From: an uncultured Thermococci archaeon
Lineage (GTDB): Archaea > CAYQAE01 > CAYVLA01
NCBI GenBank assembly: GCA_964549615.1
Contig: CAZJVP010000018.1
Coordinates: forward strand, 13,802-77,801
Direction: 5' to 3'
Length of the DNA: 64,000 nucleotides
Each line of letters starts with the position of its first letter. Within the stretch, counting starts at the first letter, position 1. Of the stretch, positions 50,007 to 59,413 are shown piece after piece. Below the pieces are notes generated by a model that did no database searches, had not been told where the DNA came from, and worked only from the letters and a program-made list of their open reading frames with translations. Position numbers and translations under genes: made by a program.

Positions 50007-50366
50007 ATGGACGAAACGCAGTTCCAGCCAGCAAAGCTCGATAAGGAAACCGAGATGAAGCTGGGGCGGTACAAACTATCCTTTCAAGACCACCGCGAAG
50101 CCTATGACTTAGCAGCGCGGATCATCCGCGACATCGTGGCCTCGATCGAGTCCAAGTCCGGCAAGGACTACGAGGAGTTCAAGGAACTGATGGAGATGGG
50201 TGTAAGTTACAAGGACAGCATCCTCCAGATCGTAAAGGAGAAGGTGGACGCGCTCACCGAGTGGATGGATACCATAAAAGAGGTCAAGACGAGGGACGAC
50301 GCGCTAGGTCTGGTCGTTCGCTATTATCTGGGCAACAGCATCAAGAACTTCAGGCGGAATCTCTAG
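50007..50366 (+). CDS. Hypothetical alpha-helical protein
   Basis: Protein-like charged helical sequence from MDETQFQPAK; no recognised motif. Confidence 0.6.
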   Translation: MDETQFQPAKLDKETEMKLGRYKLSFQDHREAYDLAARIIRDIVASIESKSGKDYEEFKELMEMGVSYKDSILQIVKEKVDALTEWMDTIKEVKTRDDALGLVVRYYLGNSIKNFRRNL

Positions 50367-51559
50367 CCCGTCACCGACTTGAGGTATGACTCCAAGCGGG
50401 AAAGTGCCTCATCAAGCATCCCTTCCGGAGGCAGGAAGACGAGCCTGAAGTGACCCTTGCCATGTTCCTCGTGGAATCCGCTCCCGTGCACCAGCAGGAC
50501 GTGGCAGTTCTCCAGCACGTTCAGGACGAACTTCTCGTCGTCCATCCCAAGGCTCGGGTGTATCCTGGGAAACATGTAGAAGGAACCGGACGGGCGCGTC
50601 ACCGAGAGTCCGTCCATCTCGTTGATCCTTCGCGCCACGAGGTCTCTCCTCGGCCTGAGCCTCCGGACCATATCTTTGATGTGATCGTCGGGGCCGTCCA
50701 GCGCGGCGGCCAGTCCATATTGGGCTACCGTGTTGGCACACAGCCTTGCCCTGGCCTGCTTGAGCAGGCCCTCCTTTATGTCGGAGATCGCGCCGGAGGG
50801 GTCTCGGAAGGCGACGTAGCCAACCCGCCACCCGGGAGCCAGGTAGACTTTTGACATCCCATTGAGAACGACCGTCGGGACATCCTTGTTGACCGAGGCA
50901 GGGCTCGCAGCTTCTCCGTCGAAGCATATCTTGTCGTAGATCTCATCGGATATCACGAAGATGTCGTTCTCCCCCGCGATATCCATCAGCGCCTTCATGT
51001 CGGACCGACTGTGCACCGCCCCGGTCGGATTGTTGGGCGAACAGATGATCATGGTTCTCGTCCTTGGGCTGATCTTCCTGCGCACGTCGTCGATGTCCGG
51101 CCTCCAGCCCTCCGACTCAATGGTGCGGTACGCGACGGGGTTGGCCCCGAAGAGCTTCGTGTACTGGACGTACGCGGGATAGGACGGCCCAGGGACCAGT
51201 GCCTCCGCGGATTCATCGAGGGTGGCAGCGAGGACCATCTCTAACCCTTCGGTCACGCCTGTCGTCGCCACGACGTCCTGCGGATCCACGTCCACGCCGT
51301 CCCGTTTCTCTTTCCTGGAGACGGCTTCTCTGAGCTCTGGGATGCCCTCAGAGTCCGAGTATCCCGAGCGGCCCTCCTCTATGGCGCGGATCAAGGCTTG
51401 GTTGATGTGGTCGGGCGTCTTGAAGTCGAACATGATGGGATCCCCGATGTTCAGTTTGATGATCCGGTGGCCCTGCCGCTCCAATATCCTGGCGTGCTCG
51501 ACGACCTCTCTTATGGCATAGGACATGGACCGGACTCGGGAGGAACTGAGAAGAACCAA
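50363..51559 (-). CDS. Class I/II PLP aminotransferase resembling archaeal alanine aminotransferase
   Basis: YAIRE, LNIGDP..FDF, YSDSEG, PNNPTG, SDEIYD, NGMSKVY..PGWRVG, VHGSGF, HFRLVFLPP. Start set at TTG 51559. Confidence 0.9.
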   Translation of the reverse strand: MVLLSSSRVRSMSYAIREVVEHARILERQGHRIIKLNIGDPIMFDFKTPDHINQALIRAIEEGRSGYSDSEGIPELREAVSRKEKRDGVDVDPQDVVATTGVTEGLEMVLAATLDESAEALVPGPSYPAYVQYTKLFGANPVAYRTIESEGWRPDIDDVRRKISPRTRTMIICSPNNPTGAVHSRSDMKALMDIAGENDIFVISDEIYDKICFDGEAASPASVNKDVPTVVLNGMSKVYLAPGWRVGYVAFRDPSGAISDIKEGLLKQARARLCANTVAQYGLAAALDGPDDHIKDMVRRLRPRRDLVARRINEMDGLSVTRPSGSFYMFPRIHPSLGMDDEKFVLNVLENCHVLLVHGSGFHEEHGKGHFRLVFLPPEGMLDEALSRLESYLKSVTG

Positions 51560-51700
51560 GTGATTTCCGCCACTCCTTGGAAGAGCCCAATGCGTTGGGA
51601 CGTGCCCCTCGTTTTCGTCGCTCGCGGCGACCGGTACTCGGCGGCGGGGAGGGAGCGACACTTTTATATCTTACCAATGGGACGGGCAGCAGGTGATGGG

Positions 51701-52105
51701 TTGAAGGTTCTCGTGCCCACTGCGGGCCCAACGCCTGCTTCACGGAGTGCGGATTTCATCGCGGGCCTGTGCAAGGACATAGACGCAGAGATGATCGTCA
51801 TCCATGTGAGATCCAAGGACACCAAGCTGACCCAGGCGGAGGAGAAAGAAGCACTTAGGATCTTCGAGGATGCCGCGAGGAAGGCGGGCGTCAAGGTTCG
51901 AACCAGGCTGGTCGAGGGTGACGTCGTCCGCAGCATTCTGGATGCCGCGGAGAAGGATTCGGTAGATCTCATAGTCATGGGGGCAACGGGCGAAACGACG
52001 CTGAAGAAGTGGATAAAGGGAAACGTGCTCGTCGAGGTCATGCAGAGGGCGACCCTTCCTGTGACCGTGATACCATCGGCCTTGAGGCCCGACCTTTACA
52101 GGTAG
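51701..52105 (+). CDS. Universal stress protein (UspA family)
   Basis: KVLVPT, VIHV, EGDVVRSIL, DLIVMGATG...KGNV, LPVTVI; SD AGGTGA at 51691 and TTTTATAT at 51662. Confidence 0.9.
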   Translation: MKVLVPTAGPTPASRSADFIAGLCKDIDAEMIVIHVRSKDTKLTQAEEKEALRIFEDAARKAGVKVRTRLVEGDVVRSILDAAEKDSVDLIVMGATGETTLKKWIKGNVLVEVMQRATLPVTVIPSALRPDLYR

Positions 52106-52109
52106 CAAT

Positions 52110-53396
52110 TTAGATCCACCTGAGGTCTGCGCCTAGGCTGGACAGGTCACGGACGAAGTTAGGATACGACACCGAGATACACGAGGCACCCCTAACCACC
52201 AGACCGCCCGAGACCAAGCCAAGAACGGCGAGTGCCATTGCAATCCTGTGGTCGCCGTGTGAGTGGACCACGCCGCCCTTGGGGCGGTCGCCGCCTCTGA
52301 AATCCAGGCCGTCCCTGCGCTCAGAGACACCAATGCCGATGCGCTCCAATTCCTCGCGGATCACTGCAATCCTGTCGGACTCCTTCAGGCGCGCGTGTTC
52401 CACCCCTGTGATCCTAGTTGGCCCCTCCGCCACGGCGGCAAGGACCGATAGGGGAGGTAGTAGGTCGGGGCTGTCGGAGAGGTCGGCGTCGATCCCGCTT
52501 AGGTTCCCTCCCATTACCGTGACGACGTCGCCGTGCCTGCGCACATCACAACCCATATTCTCCAGCATCGAGAGGAAGCGCTCATCGGCCTGCAGCGACC
52601 CTGGCCGCAGCCCTCCGACCTTGACGCTGGACCCGGTGATCGCGGCCGCGGCCATGATGAAGGAAGCTGACGAGTAGTCTCCGTCTACCTCGTAGACGCG
52701 CGCGGCGTAGCGTCCGCCAGCATCGACGACGAATCTGTTGCCGTTCGCGGTCGGCATCACCCCGAAATCACGCATCGCTTTCAGGGTCAGGTCTACGTAA
52801 GGCCTTGACTTGAGATCACCCCGAACTCGAAGCCTAAGCCCCTCTTCAAAGTACGGCGCGGGCATGAGGAGCGAGGATATGAACTGGGAGCTTACTGAGC
52901 CAGTTATCTCCGCTTCTCCTCCCCTAACCCGGCCGGTGCCTACGATCTCTATCGGGGCCTTTCCTGTTCCGCCCAATGAGCGCGCCTGTATCCCGAGGCT
53001 AGCCAAGCAGGAGATGAGATCCTCCATCGGCCTGGACCGGAGGGATTCGTCGCCCGTGACGACCACCTTACCCGGCACTAGACCGGCGAGGGTCGTGATG
53101 AAACGAAGGCTGGTTCCGGAGTTCCCGGCATCGATAACGTGGTCAGGGGGCGAGAAATCCCCGCAGTTGCCCTTGACCTTCATTGCGTCATCGTGCGTCA
53201 TGGCCCTGATTCCAAGGCTTTGTAGGGCTCGGAGAGTAGCCATCGTGTCGGAACAGACAAGCACGTTCTTCAGCTCCGACTCCCCATCGGCTAGGGAGGC
53301 GATGACCAAGGCGCGGTGGGTGAGACTCTTGGATCCAGGCGCTTTGACGTATCCGCCGAGGTTGGAGGACTTTCCGCAGGCCAGATCTGCGGGCAT
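52110..53396 (-). CDS. aroA: 3-phosphoshikimate 1-carboxyvinyltransferase (EPSP synthase)
   Basis: PGSKSLTHRA, GNSGTSLRF, RSRPM, SSQFISSL, GDYSSA, RLKESDRI, DHRIAM, SYPNF. Confidence 0.96.
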   Translation of the reverse strand: MPADLACGKSSNLGGYVKAPGSKSLTHRALVIASLADGESELKNVLVCSDTMATLRALQSLGIRAMTHDDAMKVKGNCGDFSPPDHVIDAGNSGTSLRFITTLAGLVPGKVVVTGDESLRSRPMEDLISCLASLGIQARSLGGTGKAPIEIVGTGRVRGGEAEITGSVSSQFISSLLMPAPYFEEGLRLRVRGDLKSRPYVDLTLKAMRDFGVMPTANGNRFVVDAGGRYAARVYEVDGDYSSASFIMAAAAITGSSVKVGGLRPGSLQADERFLSMLENMGCDVRRHGDVVTVMGGNLSGIDADLSDSPDLLPPLSVLAAVAEGPTRITGVEHARLKESDRIAVIREELERIGIGVSERRDGLDFRGGDRPKGGVVHSHGDHRIAMALAVLGLVSGGLVVRGASCISVSYPNFVRDLSSLGADLRWI

Positions 53397-53419
53397 GAGC
53401 ACCGTTCCACCGACGAACA

Positions 53420-53427
53420 TTTATAAG
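53420..53427. promoter_or_regulatory. Bidirectional TATA box between divergent aroA and aroA'
   Basis: TTTATAAG reads CTTATAAA on the other strand; 24 nt from ATG 53396 (-) and 41 nt from ATG 53468 (+). Confidence 0.6.
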
Positions 53428-53467
53428 TTTCGTGCTACAGTGTGTCACGCTAGCGCGGTGAAAAGCG

Positions 53468-54274
53468 ATGTCGGAGATTGGAAAGTACATCAGAATGGAG
53501 CGCATCATGAACCGCAAGACGAGGAAGACCGTGATCGTTCCCCTTGACCACGGCGTGACCCTGGGACCGGTTCGCGGGATCATTGACCTGAGGGAGACCG
53601 TCAACCAATGCGCCGAAGGTGGAGCCAACGCCGTCGTTGAGCACAAGGGGATGGTGCAATCAGGGTACAGGGGCTATGGCAAGGACATAGGGCTCATCAT
53701 CCACATTTCAGCAAGCACCAGTCTAGCGCCTGATCCGAACAAGAAAGTTCTGGTTGCGACGGTTGAGGAAGCCCTCAAGATGGGCGCGGATGCCGTCTCG
53801 ATCCACATTAACGTCGGCGCGGCCGACGAGGACCTGATGTTGAGTTCGCTCGGGTCAATTTCGGAGAGGTGCCAGTTCTGGGGCATGCCGCTCCTCGCCA
53901 TGATGTACCCTAGAGGCGAGAAGATCGCCGATCAGAACGACGTGCAATACGTCAAACACGCGGCGAGGGTGGGTGCAGAGCTCGGTGCAGACATCGTCAA
54001 GACGAACTACACAGGAAGCCCCGAAACCTTCAAAGAGGTTGTTAAGGGCTGTCCGGTCCCCGTCATCGCCGCGGGCGGACCGAAGACGAAGACGGACGAG
54101 GAGTTCCTGACGCAGGTCAAAGGTGCGATGGAGGCCGGAGGGATGGGGGTCGCAGCCGGGCGCAACGTATTTCAGCACGACAGAGTGGCGGACATGGTGA
54201 GAGCCATTGCCAAGATCGTCCACGAGAACTGGGAAGTCGAGGAAGCCCTCAAGTTCATCAAGAGCGGGAAATGA
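53468..54274 (+). CDS. 2-amino-3,7-dideoxy-D-threo-hept-6-ulosonate synthase (archaeal AroA', DhnA aldolase family)
   Basis: [53 protein letters not shown]; precedes DHQ synthase II. Confidence 0.92.
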   Translation: MSEIGKYIRMERIMNRKTRKTVIVPLDHGVTLGPVRGIIDLRETVNQCAEGGANAVVEHKGMVQSGYRGYGKDIGLIIHISASTSLAPDPNKKVLVATVEEALKMGADAVSIHINVGAADEDLMLSSLGSISERCQFWGMPLLAMMYPRGEKIADQNDVQYVKHAARVGAELGADIVKTNYTGSPETFKEVVKGCPVPVIAAGGPKTKTDEEFLTQVKGAMEAGGMGVAAGRNVFQHDRVADMVRAIAKIVHENWEVEEALKFIKSGK

Positions 54275-55358
54275 ACCGGACGCCAGAAAGCTCTTCTGGG
54301 TTAGGGCGGACGCCGCGGAGTCCCTGCAGGAAAGGAAGGCAATCTTCGAGTTGGCGGCGCGCTGCGGCGCAGACCTCATCGTGGTTAGGCCCGAAGATCT
54401 GGACGAGATCCCTCGCACCGAGGCGAACAAGCTAGGCGTCATTTCGAGCGCGGATGACGTTCCCGCCGATGTGACGCGGATAGAGCCGAACCCGCGCCCG
54501 GGTGCGGGAAGCCGTGCGGCCGTGGCCCTCGTGGTCATAGGGAGCCCCGCCGAGCAAGAACTTGCGATTGAGGTGGCCCAAGACTACGGGACGCTCGTAG
54601 TCGATTGCAAGGACTGGCGGATCATACCTCTGGAGAACCTCGTTGCTGCGTGCCAGCGTACGCGCACGCGACTTCTTGCGACGGTCTCTGGTCCGGAGGA
54701 CGGGGCACTCGCCCTTGGCATCCTCGAGAAGGGAGTGGACGGGGTGCTCCTCCAGAGCCGGGATCCTGGGGCTGTGGAGGCAACCGGCTCTCTCGTGAGA
54801 CGGGGAGCCTCCGTGATCCCGCTTGAGCAAGTCGAGGTGGTATCGGTTGCGCCGGCTGGCATGGGCGACCGGGCTTGCATAGATACCTGTTCGCTGCTGG
54901 AAAAGGGGGAAGGATTGCTGGTGGGAAGCAAGGCGGACGGCCTGGTGCTGGTCCACGCGGAAACGGTGGAGACGCAGTACGTCAAGTCCCGCCCGTTCAG
55001 AGTCAATGCAGGCGCCGTCCACAGCTACGTCCTGGACAGGGATAACAGGACCCGCTACATCAGCGACCTGCGTGCAGGGGATTCTGCGCTCGTGGTCAAG
55101 GCCAACGGGTCCACTCGCGTTGTCACGATAGGCAGGGTCAAGATCGAGACGAGGCCTCTCGCGATCGTGGAGCTGAAACGCGGGAATCGGAATCTCAATC
55201 TGGTGTTGCAGGACGCCGAGACGATTCGACTTGTGAGGGCGGACGGAGAGCCCGTGTCGATCAAAGAACTGAAGAAAGGCGACCGGGTTCTTGCCTACCT
55301 GGGGGGGCAGGCAAGGCATTTCGGCATGGCCATCGAGGAGAAGCTGATTGAGAGATAG
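54207..55358 (+). CDS. 3-dehydroquinate synthase II (archaeal AroB'); start unresolved
   Basis: [64 protein letters not shown]. Confidence 0.93.
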   Translation: MPRSSTRTGKSRKPSSSSRAGNEPDARKLFWVRADAAESLQERKAIFELAARCGADLIVVRPEDLDEIPRTEANKLGVISSADDVPADVTRIEPNPRPGAGSRAAVALVVIGSPAEQELAIEVAQDYGTLVVDCKDWRIIPLENLVAACQRTRTRLLATVSGPEDGALALGILEKGVDGVLLQSRDPGAVEATGSLVRRGASVIPLEQVEVVSVAPAGMGDRACIDTCSLLEKGEGLLVGSKADGLVLVHAETVETQYVKSRPFRVNAGAVHSYVLDRDNRTRYISDLRAGDSALVVKANGSTRVVTIGRVKIETRPLAIVELKRGNRNLNLVLQDAETIRLVRADGEPVSIKELKKGDRVLAYLGGQARHFGMAIEEKLIER

Positions 55359-56052
55359 TGCGCGACCCCGGATCTGTGCCACGGTGGCTGTTCCCAGCTT
55401 TGACCGCCTGGAACAAACTGCAAGGGCGGCCGTTTCGCAGGGAGCGGACCTCATTGAGCTGCGGCTTGATTACCTGCCCCGACTGCCTGTCGCCGAGGAG
55501 CTCAAGTGGTGCAGGGACCTAGGGGTGCCGGTCATTGGCACGATAAGGAAAGGATCGGAAGGGGGGAACTACAAGGGCGCCGAGGCAGAAAGACTGCGCT
55601 GCCTTGAAAGGGTGGCCTGCCTCCTGCACTACGTGGACATGGAGTTCGAGTCAGCTACGCATGAAAGGATCGGCTGGCTGAAGGAAAACGGTTCAAAGGT
55701 CATCGTTTCCTACCACGACTTCAGGTCGACCCCAAGGGATGACAGGCTCTTGAGCATAGTCTGCAGGACAAGGGCGCTTGGAGCGGATGTCTGCAAGATC
55801 GCAACATTGGTTCAGGGCCCCCAAGACGTGCTTCGAATGCTCCTCATCCCCACGATCGTGTCGCCCTCGGTCGTTGTGACCATGGGAAGGAAGGGCGTGC
55901 TCGGCCGCATCTTGGCTCCGTTGTTCGGCTCAGAGTTCACCTATGCTCACCCCGATGGACTTCCCCCGGTTGCGCCCGGGATGCTGTCCGTACAGACCAT
56001 GAGGCGTGCATATCTGGATATCGAGAACATATTGGGCGGAGGGGAGGATTGA
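55348..56052 (+). CDS. aroD: 3-dehydroquinate dehydratase type I
   Basis: ADLIELRLD, TIR..EGG, YVDME, IVSYHDF, KIA, MG..G..RI, APG. Confidence 0.92.
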   Translation: MRDSARPRICATVAVPSFDRLEQTARAAVSQGADLIELRLDYLPRLPVAEELKWCRDLGVPVIGTIRKGSEGGNYKGAEAERLRCLERVACLLHYVDMEFESATHERIGWLKENGSKVIVSYHDFRSTPRDDRLLSIVCRTRALGADVCKIATLVQGPQDVLRMLLIPTIVSPSVVVTMGRKGVLGRILAPLFGSEFTYAHPDGLPPVAPGMLSVQTMRRAYLDIENILGGGED

Positions 56053-56922
56053 ATGGTCACCTCAAGGACCGCGATCTATGGCCTAATAGGGCACCCTCTC
56101 GAACACTCGATATCGCCGCAGATTCACAACGCTGCCTACCGGAGCATGGGGCTCGACGCCGTGTACGTGTGCCTGCGGGTTCGGGGCGATGCGGCGAAGG
56201 CCGTGCGTGCGGCGCGAGATCTGGGGATCGGGGGGCTCAACGTCACCATACCCTACAAGTCGGAGGTCCTCAAAGCGTTGGACGCGATTGACGACTTGGC
56301 GAAGAAGATCGGGGCAGTCAACGTGATCCGCTTCGGAGACGAGACGAGGGGGTACAACACGGACGTGGGTGCCTCGATCCGGGCGCTCAAGGAAGTCGCC
56401 GGGAACGACCTGTCCGACCGTTCGGCCCTGGTTCTTGGTGCGGGCGGATCAGCGAGAGCCGTCGCGTTTGGCCTGGCCCAAGAAGGCTGTGCGGTCGTCG
56501 TGCTCAACAGGACCGCGAGCAGGTCGGCCAGGCTCGCAAGGGACGTGTCCTCGCACATCCCGTGGGCAAGGATATCCTCGGGCGGGCTAAACCCTGAGGA
56601 GCTCAAAGAAGCCATACAACGATCGGAGATAATCGTAAACGCCACGCCCGCCGGCATGTACCCAAATGTGGGGGAATCCCTCGTGGATCCCGGGATGTTG
56701 AGGCCTGATGCCATAGTCATGGATCTCGTCTACAATCCCCCGGAAACGAAGCTCCTGCGAGACGCAAGCAAGCTTGGCTGCAAGACCGTCGGAGGCTTGA
56801 AGATGCTCGTCTACCAGGCTGCCGATTCCGTAGAGATATGGACGGGCAGGAAGGCGCCGATCGACGTCATGATGTCAGCTGCCATCGAGGCGCTGGGGGG
56901 ATTTGCTTTTCAACAATCCTGA
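56053..56922 (+). CDS. aroE: Shikimate dehydrogenase
   Basis: IGHPLEHSISP, NVTIPYK, GAVN, NTD, LGAGGSAR, NATP.GM, DLVYNP, GLKMLVYQA. Confidence 0.97.
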   Translation: MVTSRTAIYGLIGHPLEHSISPQIHNAAYRSMGLDAVYVCLRVRGDAAKAVRAARDLGIGGLNVTIPYKSEVLKALDAIDDLAKKIGAVNVIRFGDETRGYNTDVGASIRALKEVAGNDLSDRSALVLGAGGSARAVAFGLAQEGCAVVVLNRTASRSARLARDVSSHIPWARISSGGLNPEELKEAIQRSEIIVNATPAGMYPNVGESLVDPGMLRPDAIVMDLVYNPPETKLLRDASKLGCKTVGGLKMLVYQAADSVEIWTGRKAPIDVMMSAAIEALGGFAFQQS

Positions 56923-57338
56923 GCCGTCGTTAGACAAAGGGAGCGAGAAGCCTCCACGTGCCTCTTTCGGCCGGAAAAAGCCGAATGAAACTCGGGAAGT
57001 TCAGCTGCTAACGCCGCGCGGGGACGTCTTCGTGAAAAACATCAACTCCAACTTAAAAGCCACCTTCATCACGGGGATGTGAAACAAGCCGCGTATAATT
57101 TTTCACCCTCTTGCAACCATTTAGGCGGGTTTTCGAGCGATGCTTTGCGAGTTAGTGCAAACCTTTTCCCCAGGACAACGCCGGCGACGTTGCGGACAGT
57201 TTCCCTAATTCATTGGGCGCGCGAAGTTTCGAAATTCACCCAGACCTCGGGAGCGGTCGCGCCCTGGGCCAGAGGGGCAAGGCTCTCGGTCGCAAAATGC
57301 ATCATCGCTGTGCGTTATGCAACATGGGAAGTGGATGC

Positions 57339-57346
57339 TTTTTATA
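57339..57346 (+). promoter_or_regulatory. TATA box of the AAA+-wHTH gene, bracketed by GGATG/CATCC
   Basis: TTTTTATA 50 nt before ATG 57396; GGATG at 57333-57337 and CATCC at 57349-57353. Confidence 0.5.
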
Positions 57347-57395
57347 GACATCCGATGATCCGCCAACCCTAGCGTGGGCCCCTCTCGGTGGAAGG

Positions 57396-58598
57396 ATGAA
57401 AGGACTGGACGAGATTCTCAGCAGGGTCCAGATGGCGGAGGACTACTCGCTCCTCGGTTTGTCCAGGCAGCCTTTCAAGATAAGTCCGATATCAGGCGAG
57501 CTACACTACTTCGTCGGAAGAGAAAAAGAGCTGCAGGACCTCCTCGAGAGCGTCGCGAAGAACAGAAACACCTTCCTCATCGGAGACATCGGCATGGGAA
57601 AGACCAGTCTCTTGAACGTCGGCGCGCTATGTCTCAAGAACAAATGGAGGGATAGATACCTCGTCGCCTGCGGTTCATACTACCCATCGATTCGCAAGAT
57701 GATGATATCCCTCGCATTGGACCTAGTGCGAAGAAACCGCCTGGTCGACCAGATAGATCGGTCCAAGCTCAGCGAGCTGAGGAAAGTCGTTGTGAGGATG
57801 ACGAAGTACGCCAAGTCCCCGGTCCACTACGACCTTCTCTCGGTGCAGGAGGATCTTGTTCTCCTGCGGGAGATACTCGACGAGGAATTCGTTTTCATGG
57901 TCGACAACGCGCAGACCATGGTCAAGTACGATTGCCAGGGCAACCTGCCGTTCTTTGACAACATGCTCTTCGAGCCCGAAATGACATGGATCCTTGCGGT
58001 CTATCCCGAGACGCCAAACACCCTCGAGAAGCTGTCGCCGTCGACCTATGGTAGGATCGGGAACGAGATCGACCTTGAGCCATTCACGAGGCCTGAGCAG
58101 ATAGAGATAGTCAAGTCCAGGTTGGAGGCGGCAAGGATTCCCGGCCTCCCGCAGCAGGAACCCTTGCATCCGTTCACGCAGGAAGCCATCGAGGTCGTCG
58201 TAGAGTACACGGACGGTAACCCGCGGCGCTTGATGGAGATATGCGAGAAAGCCGTCGACACCGCCCGGAACGCTGGAGCCCGGACCATATCGATCGGGAT
58301 AGTGGAGAAGGTGATAAAGGAGGCTAAGTTCTCTTTCACGTGGCGGATCCTGCGGCACCTTACTCCCAAACAGATCGACGTCTTGGACGCCTTGGTTCGT
58401 CGCCACGAAGGAAGGGCATCCCTCAGCGAACTGGTTGCGGAGTTAGACAGGACCAAGGGTACCGTGTGCCTTCACTTGAGCAACCTGATTCAGAAAGGCC
58501 TCGTAAGAAGAGAGGGGGACAAGCTGCACATGTCCTACGTGGTCGAGTGGGACCTGGATGAGATCAGGGACTTCCTCTCGAGTCGCCAAGGGGCGTGA
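57396..58598 (+). CDS. AAA+ ATPase with C-terminal ArsR/MarR-like winged HTH
   Basis: QPF..P, FVGREKE, Walker A GDIGMGKTS, Walker B FMVDN, PFT.EAI, GNPRRL..C, HTH SLSELVAELDRTKGTVCLHLSNL.QKGLV. Confidence 0.88.
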   Translation: MKGLDEILSRVQMAEDYSLLGLSRQPFKISPISGELHYFVGREKELQDLLESVAKNRNTFLIGDIGMGKTSLLNVGALCLKNKWRDRYLVACGSYYPSIRKMMISLALDLVRRNRLVDQIDRSKLSELRKVVVRMTKYAKSPVHYDLLSVQEDLVLLREILDEEFVFMVDNAQTMVKYDCQGNLPFFDNMLFEPEMTWILAVYPETPNTLEKLSPSTYGRIGNEIDLEPFTRPEQIEIVKSRLEAARIPGLPQQEPLHPFTQEAIEVVVEYTDGNPRRLMEICEKAVDTARNAGARTISIGIVEKVIKEAKFSFTWRILRHLTPKQIDVLDALVRRHEGRASLSELVAELDRTKGTVCLHLSNLIQKGLVRREGDKLHMSYVVEWDLDEIRDFLSSRQGA

Positions 58599-58720
58599 TC
58601 CCGCCACTTGGCCACCGGCCTTTCAGCTCCTCGACCTCCTGCGGGTGCAGGGGAGACCTTGGAACATTTTTAACGAGCGCGGATTAGACGTTGCGGGCCT
58701 TCCGATTGGCGGAAATTGTG

Positions 58721-59413
58721 ATGACCAAGAAGATCAATCTCCGGGGAAGGTACTTCGTCACGGGTTTCCACGGGATCGGTTGGACCGGCTACATCGCGAA
58801 CAGATTCCTCGTGGGCAAGGTTGGCGGAAGGAAGATAGGCTACCTCAGCTTCGAAGGGATGCGGCCCGTCATCAGGCTCTGGCGTAAGGAGATAAGCTAC
58901 CCTCATGACCTTTTTTTGGTCGGGGGGAACGTCTTTTTGGCCAACGAGGCTCCATTTCCAGATGAGAATACGATGGCGATCACCCACGACATCGTGAGGT
59001 GGGTGGGGAAGTCGAGGTTCAAGGCCATAATCGTCGTGGGGGGACTCACCCAAGCAGTGAGGAGGAAGGACGACCCACCCCTCATGGGGGTGGCCACCTC
59101 CAAGGCGAAGCGGTTGATGAAGAGATACAACATCCCGTGGATGCTCGACGATTTGAACATCGTCGGCCCGCTAGCAGGTCTTTTGCTCCACGCTGAGAGG
59201 ATGGACCTGCCTGCGCTTGCCCTCTTGCCTTTTGCGGAGGCCCGGCCTGACAGGCGAGCCGCTGCGATCGCGATCGACAAGCTGGCCGACATGCTAGGCT
59301 TCAAGATCGATACGCGGGAGCTCATAGAAGCAGAGGAGCTGGAACGTCAGATCCAGCAGATGGTTACAGCCCAGCTGAAGAACGAGGAAGAGGAAAGCTA
59401 CCATTACATGTGA
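58721..59413 (+). CDS. PAC2-family proteasome assembly chaperone
   Basis: TGFHGIGWTGYIA..L, IIVVGG, IVGPLAGLLL, RPDRRAA, KIDT.ELIE; C-terminus YHYM. Confidence 0.85.
   Translation: MTKKINLRGRYFVTGFHGIGWTGYIANRFLVGKVGGRKIGYLSFEGMRPVIRLWRKEISYPHDLFLVGGNVFLANEAPFPDENTMAITHDIVRWVGKSRFKAIIVVGGLTQAVRRKDDPPLMGVATSKAKRLMKRYNIPWMLDDLNIVGPLAGLLLHAERMDLPALALLPFAEARPDRRAAAIAIDKLADMLGFKIDTRELIEAEELERQIQQMVTAQLKNEEEESYHYM

Noticed and set aside
51398-51700. 235-aa version of the USP ORF and 432-aa version of the aminotransferase
   Set aside because: The extensions overlap each other and the promoter; SD and TATA support the shorter starts.
56923-57395. Replication origin next to a Cdc6-like gene
   Set aside because: No repeated ORB or mini-ORB elements or clear AT-rich unwinding element seen; the protein lacks recognisable Orc1/Cdc6 motifs.
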